The notes beneath the pieces were generated by a model. That model was not told the DNA's origin. It did no database searches and saw only the letters and a list, made by a program, of their open reading frames with translations. Of a stretch of 64,000 nucleotides of DNA, positions 43,542-53,500 are shown piece after piece (the first letter of the stretch is position 1; every line of letters starts with the position of its first letter). Source of the stretch: Planctomycetota bacterium (GTDB taxonomy: Bacteria; Planctomycetota; UBA8108); NCBI GenBank assembly GCA_965659285.1, contig CBFHWB010000001.1, positions 1,797-65,796 on the forward strand, written 5' to 3'. Both the position numbers and the translations under genes were made by a program.

Positions 43542-45179
43542 TCAGGATCTTCTCCTGCGCAGTCCCTTCAGCAACATCGCGCCTTCTTCCATTCTGAATA
43601 ACCGGCTGAGAAGAAAATAAACCGCTGCCGCGGCCAGGATGACTGTGAGAACCAGCCCGATCAATGCCGGCTTGCCGTAGGCTCCTGACTCGAGCTCCAG
43701 CCACTTCGAAGCCTGCCAGACCGCACCGCCCATCAGGGCTGAGCAGAATCCGCAGCCCGCCAACGACCTCAGCAGCGCGCCAAAGTCAAAATACCTCACC
43801 CGTGACCTCATCAGAGTCAACAGCAACAGAACCTGGACGATCGCGGCGACCGAAGCCGCCAGGGCGATCCCCGTATAGCCCATCGGGCCGCTGGACAACC
43901 ACCAGGCCAGCGGAAGACAGACCAGGAGATTCAACGATGCCGCCAACACGGGAGTTCTTATGTTTTTCATGGCGTAAAAGGCGGACACGAGCACCCGCGA
44001 AAGACCGACAAAGCAGAGACCGATGATGTGGAACTGGAAAGCATCGGCGGTCAGGCTCAGCGAGCTCTCGTCGAACTGCCCACTCTGGAACAGCATGGAA
44101 ACGATCGGCTGCCGCAAGAGATAGAGGCCAACGGCGCTTGGAACCGTAATGAAAAGACTCAGGCGCAGCACCAGGCCAAGCGTGTCGGCGAAACCCTCGT
44201 CGTCCTCATCCGCGGCCAGGCGGGAGAGCGTCGTCAGGCTGACAGTGTTCAACGCGAAGACGAATACCCCCAGCACGACCTCCATGAGCCGGCTCGAATA
44301 GCCAAGGGCGGAGACGTACCCATCGTCCTCAAACCTCCAGGCGAGGAGAGACGAGAGGAAGATGTTGATCTGGTAGATCCCGGCCCCGAAAACCACCGGC
44401 AGGAAGAGCTTGCAGATATCACGCACGCCGGGGTGGTCCAGGACAGGCCACTGAAGACGTGGACGAACCCCCAGCTTCCAGACGAGAGATGCCAGCAGGA
44501 AGAACTGCAGCATGCCTCCGAGGATCACCGCCCCCGCGAAGACGTAGACCTCGTCCCCGGGAAAATACGGAGCGGCCAGCCAGCCCGTGGCAATAAATAC
44601 CAGGTTGAAGAGAACCGGAGAGAACGCCGGACCGGTGAAGCTTCCATGGGCATGCAGGATCCCCTGGAACGATGCCGCCAGGCCGATGAAGAGCAGGTAG
44701 CAGAAAAGAATCTTCGTCAGCTCGATGGTGAGCTCGACCTTCCCGGGCTCGGTCAGCTGGTTGAAATTCAACACCGCCGAGAGCAGGTAGCCACAGAGGA
44801 GAAAACCGGCCAGGGTCACAACAGCCACAAGCAGGAACCAGGCAAAGAGGTATTTCTCACGAACTGTTTCCAGCTCCTCCCGGTCTCCCCCACGTTCGTA
44901 GCGCGTCAGGACAGGCACAACAGCGCTGGACACCGCTCCCTCGGCTACCAGGCTGCGCAGCATATTGGGAATCTGAAAGGCCAGCTGGAAGGCATCGGCA
45001 AAGAGACCGGTGCCAAGGAAGAAAGCGCGCGTCGACTCCCGCAGCAGCCCGAGAATCCGGCTGAACAGGGTCAACAGGCCGATCGAAAAGACACTGCGGA
45101 GGTCAGGTCCTTTTGCCTCCCGCTTCCCGCTCTCTTCTAGCTCTTCACTCTTTTCCATACCACCTGCCGCTGCGCTCAT
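43542..45179 (-). CDS. murJ: Lipid II flippase MurJ (MviN)
   Basis: MurJ signature RxxGxxRE...DAFxxAFxIPNxLRSL...AEGA (LGLLRESTRAFFLGTGLFADAFQLAFQIPNMLRSLVAEGA). 14 helices. Confidence 0.9.
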   Translation of the reverse strand: MSAAAGGMEKSEELEESGKREAKGPDLRSVFSIGLLTLFSRILGLLRESTRAFFLGTGLFADAFQLAFQIPNMLRSLVAEGAVSSAVVPVLTRYERGGDREELETVREKYLFAWFLLVAVVTLAGFLLCGYLLSAVLNFNQLTEPGKVELTIELTKILFCYLLFIGLAASFQGILHAHGSFTGPAFSPVLFNLVFIATGWLAAPYFPGDEVYVFAGAVILGGMLQFFLLASLVWKLGVRPRLQWPVLDHPGVRDICKLFLPVVFGAGIYQINIFLSSLLAWRFEDDGYVSALGYSSRLMEVVLGVFVFALNTVSLTTLSRLAADEDDEGFADTLGLVLRLSLFITVPSAVGLYLLRQPIVSMLFQSGQFDESSLSLTADAFQFHIIGLCFVGLSRVLVSAFYAMKNIRTPVLAASLNLLVCLPLAWWLSSGPMGYTGIALAASVAAIVQVLLLLTLMRSRVRYFDFGALLRSLAGCGFCSALMGGAVWQASKWLELESGAYGKPALIGLVLTVILAAAAVYFLLSRLFRMEEGAMLLKGLRRRRS

Positions 45180-45359
45180 GCCGCGAAGCGCTTACCACGG
45201 GTACTCCAGCGGAACATTACAGGCTTCCGCTTTACGCCGTATTTCCCGGGCTCCTCAGCCGGGAGTGTCTTTATAGGGGGAATCAGCCGATACCGCCTGA
45301 AAAAAACATAAAACCTGCTTATCGCCACCTCGATACCCCGTAAAAAGGGTGAAAAGGTA

Positions 45360-45388
45360 TTGTCATGGACCCTGCCGTCCTGTATTTT
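45360..45388 (+). promoter_or_regulatory. Putative sigma70 promoter for rpsU (TTGTCA-N17-TATTTT)
   Basis: -35 TTGTCA at 45360-45365, 17-nt spacer, -10 TATTTT at 45383-45388, about 65 nt upstream of the rpsU start. Confidence 0.35.
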
Positions 45389-45454
45389 TGGCCATTCACG
45401 AATGCCTTACCGCATCGTGACTTACAGGTATTCAGTACGGATCGGAGAAACCAT

Positions 45455-45670
45455 TTGGCCATCAAGGTAACCATACGCGCCGGCGAACCGGGCGAACGCT
45501 TCCTGCAGCGTTTCAAGCGCATCTGCTCCAAGGATGGGCTTTTCAAGGAGATCAAGAAGCGGTCTTTCTACGAAAAGCCTTCGGAGAAGAAGCGTCGCCG
45601 TGCCAAGGACGCCCAGCGAGCGCTCCGCAAGCGCATCGCGAGAGCCGAACGCGCTCGCAAGGGTAAATAG
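45455..45670 (+). CDS. rpsU: 30S ribosomal protein S21
   Basis: AIKVTIRAGEPGERFLQRFKRICSKDGLFKEIKKRSFYEKPSEKKRRR matches S21. TTG start with GGAGA RBS 7 nt upstream. The track ORF is N-terminally over-extended. Confidence 0.85.
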   Translation: MAIKVTIRAGEPGERFLQRFKRICSKDGLFKEIKKRSFYEKPSEKKRRRAKDAQRALRKRIARAERARKGK

Positions 45671-45716
45671 TCCCCACCCGATCCTCCGAACGCCCGACGG
45701 CTCCGAACGAATGTCG

Positions 45717-46355
45717 TTAGTCATTAGAACAGGCTCTCGCCTCGCTGAAGAGCTTTCGGATCAGCTCTCCGTCCTTGATGCCGGGAGACGATTCGACCCC
45801 GCTTGACACATCGATGCCGAAAGGCCTCACCTCGGCAATGGCGGCGGCAATGTTTCCCGCATCGATCCCTCCTGCGAGAAAAACCGGCCGGGTCTCCTGG
45901 CAGGCCCGGGCGATCGACCAGTCAAAGACCTCCCCTGTACCGCCGGCCTCCGTCGGACTCCAGCCATCGAGCAGAACCCTCATCTTCGAAGGATAGTCAT
46001 CCGGCCTGCTCGCCTCAAAATCCGGGCCGACCCTGAAAGCCTTCCAGACCTCGGCCGCCTCCACCGAGGCGGCGTAGCCCGGATCTTCAGCTCCGTGGAG
46101 CTGGACCGCATCGAGACCGACCTCACGAACCACCGCGTTCAGCTCGTCGAGAGCCCAATCGACAAAAACCCCGACAGCCCGGAACTCAGCACCAGAGCGC
46201 TCTCTTATCTTCGACAGAAGCGCCGCCGCTTCGACTGGGTCGATAAAACGCGGAGATGGCCGGTGAAAGATAAACCCGAGCGCCCACGCGCCCTCGTCCA
46301 GGGAGAGCAGGGCATCGTCCAGCCGCCGTATTCCGCAGATCTTGACAGGTATCAT
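45717..46355 (-). CDS. trpF: Phosphoribosylanthranilate isomerase
   Basis: MIPVKICGI...; TIM-barrel PRAI motifs. Follows trpC with a 4-nt overlap. Confidence 0.85.
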   Translation of the reverse strand: MIPVKICGIRRLDDALLSLDEGAWALGFIFHRPSPRFIDPVEAAALLSKIRERSGAEFRAVGVFVDWALDELNAVVREVGLDAVQLHGAEDPGYAASVEAAEVWKAFRVGPDFEASRPDDYPSKMRVLLDGWSPTEAGGTGEVFDWSIARACQETRPVFLAGGIDAGNIAAAIAEVRPFGIDVSSGVESSPGIKDGELIRKLFSEARACSND

Positions 46356-47149
46356 GTTACGGACTCTTCACCCTCGGCGCCGAGCAGATCGGCCAGGGTC
46401 TCTCCTGGATTCTCAGTCCGCATCAGGCTCTCGCCGATCAGGAACCCATCGACCCCCCAGCCCGCCATCATCTCGAGCTCCTCTCTCCTGAAGAAACCGC
46501 TCTCGCTGATGACCACAGCTCCCTCGGGAACCTCGGGCAGAAGAGACCTCGTGGTCTCCAGTGAGACCTCAAAGGTCTTCAGGTCGCGATTGTTGATGCC
46601 TATGATCCGGGGTGAAAAGGCAGCGAGCCTGCGTAGCTCATCGAGGCCGTGAACCTCCCAGAGAATATCCATGCCAAGCTGGTCCGCCGTAGCCGCCAGC
46701 GGCGCGGCCTCCTCATCGCTGAGGGCGGCAAGGATCAGAAGGATCGCGTCCGCTCCCGCGGCGCGGGCTTCGAACACCTGGTAGGTGTCGATGATAAAAT
46801 CTTTCCTGAGCAGGGGAACGCTGACCTTCTCCCTGATCGCGCTGAGATACTCAAGCCTCCCCTGGAAATACTCGACATCCGTCAGCACGGAAATCGCCGC
46901 CGCTCCAGCTCCGGCGTAGGCCTCGGCGATCGCCACAGGATCGAAGTCCTCGCGAATAATCCCCTTGGAAGGCGAGGCCTTCTTGACCTCGGCAACGACC
47001 CGGATGCCCTCCTGCCCCACGGAGGCCGCCAGGGAGATGGCCGGAGGCGCCTGCATGGCGGCTGCGGCTACCTCGTCAAGCGACCGCAGCTTCCGACTCT
47101 CCTCAAGCTCCACGCGCTTGGTCTCAAGAATCCGATCCAGGATGGTCAT
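46352..47149 (-). CDS. trpC: Indole-3-glycerol-phosphate synthase
   Basis: ILDRILETKRVELEE; AEVKKASPSKG; AISVLTD motifs. Confidence 0.9.
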   Translation of the reverse strand: MTILDRILETKRVELEESRKLRSLDEVAAAAMQAPPAISLAASVGQEGIRVVAEVKKASPSKGIIREDFDPVAIAEAYAGAGAAAISVLTDVEYFQGRLEYLSAIREKVSVPLLRKDFIIDTYQVFEARAAGADAILLILAALSDEEAAPLAATADQLGMDILWEVHGLDELRRLAAFSPRIIGINNRDLKTFEVSLETTRSLLPEVPEGAVVISESGFFRREELEMMAGWGVDGFLIGESLMRTENPGETLADLLGAEGEESVT

Positions 47150-48171
47150 GACCGTCCTCTGAGGCTGTCGAGCACCTTACCGGCAGCTCCGGAGTCGATC
47201 GCTTCGCCGGCCCGTGCCCCTCCCTCGGAGAGATCGGCTGCAAGTCCCTGGACTACGAGGGCGCCGCCCGCGTTGAGCACCACGGCGTTTCTGTGCGGTC
47301 CGGGCTCACCGGCGAGAAGCTTCTCGATAATCGCCGCGTTAACCGACGCGTCTCCACCCTTGAGGCTCTCCAGCGGCGAGCTCTCAACCCCGGCATCCTC
47401 GGGAACGACCTCGAATTCCCGCTGGACGCCATCGGAGAGCTCAGTTACCTGCGTGACCCCGGCGATGCTCAGCTCATCGAGTCCGCCCGCACCATGCAGA
47501 GCCCAGACCCGCTCGCTTCCAAGCGCCCCGAGCACCTCGCACATGGTGGCTCGAACCGCGGGATCGAAGACGCCGATCATCTGCCGCCTGACCCCTGCCG
47601 GATTCGTCATCGGACCGAGGATATTGAAGACTGTCCTGAGCTTGAGCTCCCCGCGCACCGGACCCACGTGACGCATGGCCGGGTGGTATTTCTGGGCGAA
47701 AAGGAAAGCGAAACCGGTCTCTTCGATCATCCGCCGCGCCTCCTCAGGCTCCAGGTCGAGCGGCACCCCCAACTGCTCGAGCACATCGGCGCTGCCGCAG
47801 AGCGACGAAGCCGAGCGGTTGCCGTGCTTGGCCACCGGCACCCCGCACCCGGCCACGACCAGCGAGGCCGCGGTAGATATGTTGAAGGTTCCCGATCCAT
47901 CACCTCCAGTCCCGCAGAGATCAACCATTCCCTCGCGGTCTGGCTCGATCCTTACGGAAGCTTCCCGCATACCCTCCACCAGGCCGGTGATCTCCTCGAC
48001 CGTCTCGCCCCGAACCCTCAGGGCCAGCAGGAAGGCGGAGATCTGCACAGGAGAAGCCTCTCCTGAGAGGAGGGCGCCCATGGCCTCCCGCGCCTGCTGG
48101 CGCGACAGGGCCCGGCCATCGGCCACGATGGAAAGAAGAGGGGCTATCGAAGGCGTCGCATTGTCACTCAT
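47146..48171 (-). CDS. trpD: Anthranilate phosphoribosyltransferase
   Basis: VDLCGTGGDGSGTFNISTAAS and AKHGNRSASS motifs. Confidence 0.9.
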   Translation of the reverse strand: MSDNATPSIAPLLSIVADGRALSRQQAREAMGALLSGEASPVQISAFLLALRVRGETVEEITGLVEGMREASVRIEPDREGMVDLCGTGGDGSGTFNISTAASLVVAGCGVPVAKHGNRSASSLCGSADVLEQLGVPLDLEPEEARRMIEETGFAFLFAQKYHPAMRHVGPVRGELKLRTVFNILGPMTNPAGVRRQMIGVFDPAVRATMCEVLGALGSERVWALHGAGGLDELSIAGVTQVTELSDGVQREFEVVPEDAGVESSPLESLKGGDASVNAAIIEKLLAGEPGPHRNAVVLNAGGALVVQGLAADLSEGGARAGEAIDSGAAGKVLDSLRGRS

Positions 48172-48742
48172 GGCTGAATTTCTCCGCAGCTCTCGAGAAA
48201 GTTGGAGAGGATGACCTTCCCCTCCGCGGTAAGAATAGACTCGGGATGAAACTGTACCCCATAGGTAGGGTGCTCGCTGTGACGCAGCCCCATGATGATC
48301 CCGTCAGCGGTCTCGGCGGTAACGACCAGGGTCTCAGGAAGATCCTCCCGCTCAACCACGAGCGAATGATAGCGCCCGGCCTCGAAGGGGCTGGAGACCC
48401 CTGCGAAGAGCCCGCTCCCGTCATGGGTCACCTCGCTCGACTTGCCGTGCAGGGGGTGGACTCTCCCGATCTTCCCTCCCATGGCGAAGCCGATCGACTG
48501 GTGGCCCAGGCAGACACCCAGGATCGGCACCTTGCCGCTCTGGCTTCGGATCAGGTCGACGGAAATACCGCCCTCCTCAGGATGCCCCGGCCCCGGTGAA
48601 ACGATAATTCCCGCCGGCGCCAGCTCATCGATCTGCTCCAGGGAGATCCTGTCGTTCCTGTGGACGACGGGGTCGGCTCCCAATTCACCGATGAACTGCA
48701 CCAGGTTGTAGGTGAAGGAATCATAGTTGTCGATGACGAGGA

Positions 48743-48746
<4 letters not shown>
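48168..48746 (-). CDS. trpG: Anthranilate synthase component II (glutamine amidotransferase)
   Basis: MILVIDNYDSFTYNLVQ. Catalytic GVCLGHQ triad region. Confidence 0.9.
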
Positions 48747-50326
<1,580 letters not shown>

Positions 50327-50363
50327 AATAGGTGGGAAGGGTGAGATTGTCTCTCCCTGATCC

Positions 50364-50438
50364 CTAGGGAATCCACCACAGCGCGCAAACCGCCTCCAGG
50401 GCGGGTTTTTCGCAATCTGAGAGACGCGGCGCGATCAT
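50364..50438 (-). promoter_or_regulatory. trpL: trp leader peptide ORF (trpL-like) with tandem Trp codons
   Basis: ATG with GAAGGA RBS encodes MIAPRLSDCEKPALEAVCALWWIP. TGG-TGG two codons before the TAG stop. Followed by alternative hairpins and the terminator. Confidence 0.6.
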
Positions 50439-50534
50439 GGCTGGTTTCCTTCGGGCGATAATGGTCGTTAGGGCAAATAGAAGTATAGGAGTCCCCATCG
50501 CCGCAAGTCAAGCAGGGCGGCAGGCCGGAAAACC

Positions 50535-53500
50535 TCAGACCGCGAGATCACAGGATTCCCGGGATTTTCCGGTAAAGGCCTCCAGGCAGGAAGCCGTTGG
50601 AGACTCCGGCGCTCCCGCCAACAGGCCCGCCGCCGGCCCCTGGTAGAGCAGCTCTCCCCCGGCGTCTCCTCCTCCCGGGCCAAGGTCGATCAGCCAGTCA
50701 GCTCCGGCTATGACCTCGAGGTTGTGCTCGATCACCACCACCGCGTGTCCGGCGGCCGCGAGCTCCGTAAGAACCTCCACCAGCCGGGCAACATCTCTCA
50801 TATGGAGCCCCGTCGTCGGCTCATCGAAGAGGTAGAGCCCCGCCCCCCGGGTGGTCTTCGAAAGCTCGACGGCCAGCTTGACACGCTGGGCCTCTCCGCC
50901 TGAGAGGGTGGTGCTGGGCTGCCCCAGGGTCAGGTAGCCGAGCCCGAGAGAATCAAGAGCTCTCAGCGGGCGGGTCAGATCGCGAAAAGAGTCAAAAAAC
51001 CGGACACCCTCCTCCACCGTCAGCTCCAGCACGTCGGCGATACTCTTGCCGTTGTAGATGATCTCAAGCGTCTCGGGGTTGAAGCGCCTGCCCAGGCAGA
51101 CCTCGCAATCCACCGTCATGTCCGGAAGAAAGTTCATCTCCATTCGTTTCCGGCCCTGCCCGGAACAGGCATCGCAGCGTCCATCGGCGACATTGAAGGA
51201 GAAGCGCCGCGCCTCCCACCCTCGAGCGCGGGCCGCGGGGGTCGAGGCGAAGATCTGGCGAATCCGGTTCCAGAAGCCGACATAGGTGGCCGGGGTCGAG
51301 CGCGGGGTCCGGCCAATGGGCCTCTGGTCCACCTCGCGCAGCGATTCGACCAGCTCGACACCGACCACCTCACGAACGCCGGCTACAGGATCCCGAAGAC
51401 CCCGGAACTGCCTGCGAATCGACTCCTCCAGAAGATCCCTCACCAGCGTAGACTTTCCGGCCCCCGAAACGCCGGTCACCACCGTCACAGCCCCCATAGG
51501 AATCTTCACATCGATATCCTTGAGATTGTGCAGGGTGGCGCCGCGAATCTCGAGGCAGGGAGAATCATCGAGCGGCTCCGCCGCCAGCTCGAAGCTCCTG
51601 TTGTCCCGGTCCCGGAAATAGCGCGCCGTCTCGGATGTCTTGTCGGAGATGATCTCATCGAGAGCCCCCTGGACGACAACCTCGCCGCCGTGACGACCCG
51701 GGCCCGGCCCCATATCGATCACATGATCGGCCGCCTCGATGGTCGCATCATCGTGCTCGATCACATAGACGCTATTGCCCTTGTCGCGCAGATCCCTGAG
51801 AGTCTCCAGCAGGCGCTCATTGTCTCTCGGGTGCAGTCCGATCGTGGGCTCATCGAGAATATAGCAGGCTCCCCGTAGATTCGAGCCCAGGGCCGAAGCC
51901 AGCCGGATGCGCTGAGCCTCTCCTCCCGAGAGCGTATTGGCGGACCGGTTCAGGGCGAGATAATCGAGCCCGACCTCGCGCAGAAAATCAAGGCGCGAGG
52001 CGATTTCTACCAGGATAGGATCGACGACAGGCCGGTCCCGCTCCTTGACCTCCAGCGCCCCGAGAGCCAGGCTCAGCTCTTCAACAGAGAGCCGGGTCAT
52101 CTCGCCTATGCTCTTTCCTCCCACCCGTACGGCTCCCCAGCGGCGGGCGATTCTGCTTCCATCGCAGGCTGGACAGACCATCTCCGATCCCTTCCGGGCG
52201 AGATACCTGTCCCTGTCATCGGGTTCGAGGTCTCCCAGGAGCTCATCGACCATGGGCACCAGGCCAGGGAATCCGGATCGTCCCTTTCCCTCCAGCAGGA
52301 TTCCAAGAGCCCGCTTCCCCCATCGCGAGAGATCCCTGCCATCTGTGGGAAGCCCGCTGATCCCGGCAAGCTCAGCAAGGAAGGCTCTGCGAAAACCGCG
52401 CCCGAAAGGCGGCTCATCCAGGAAGGTCAGAGGACCGTTCCTCTTCGCCTCCAGGGGAGCGTCCCAGTTCTCGATCAGCTTCAGCGGATCAAGCCTGTAG
52501 AACGCGCCATAACCCGAACACTCGCCGCAGGCTCCATGACGGGAATGGAAGCTGAAATTTCTCGGGTCGGGCTCGTCAAAATCACGGCCGCAGGAGGGAC
52601 AGGATCTGTTCCTGCTGAGGAGAGTCTCCTCTCCCTGGTCATCGACAAAACGAACCACCCCCCTGCCAAGCTCAAGGGCTCGCAGGAGAGTCCTCGACAG
52701 GTCGACTCCCGCGTTCTTCCCGGCGGAAGAAAATCTCCCGAGGACCAGGTCGATGTCATGAAGCTTGTGCCGGTCGAGGCGCAGCTCCTCTTCGGGAATC
52801 TCGATCCAACCGTCATCAATACGCGCCTCGATAATCCCCTCAGCCCGCGCCTTTGAGAGAACCGTGTGGTGAAAGCCCTTCTTGCCGCGAATCACCGGCG
52901 CCAGCAGCGCGCCCCCACCGGAGGCCAGTTCCCGGACCCGCTCGAGAATCTCATCGAAGCTCCGGGGAACAGCCTCTACATCGCAGCCGGGACAGACCTG
53001 CGCGCCGGCCCGGGTAAAAAGCAGACGAAGAAAATGGTAGACCTCGGTGACGGTCCCCACGGTGGACTTCCTGCCTCCGACAGTGGTGCGTTGCTCAATC
53101 GCTACAGCAGGCGGAATGCCCTCGAGATGGTCGATGTCGGGGCGGTGCAGATCCTCGACAAACTGGCGGGCATAGGGAGACAGGCAGTCGAGGTAGCGCC
53201 GCTGTCCTTCGGAGAAAACAATGTCGTAGAGCAGCGATGATTTCCCGGAACCGCTGAGGCCGGTGACGACGACAAAGGCGTTGCGTGGAATCTCGACGTT
53301 GATGTTCTTGAGATTGTTTTCCCTCGCGCCGACCACCCGGATCACGTTCTTTCGCCGGGAGGACCGCCTGGAGGCCTTTCGTCCGGCCGTGCTCTTCCCG
53401 GCCGCCCTGAGCGCCTCGCCAACCCAGCGTCCGGTGATCGAGTCCTTCACCGCGGCGACCTCCTCGGGCGAGCCGCTGGCGACAAGACGCCCGCCGCCGT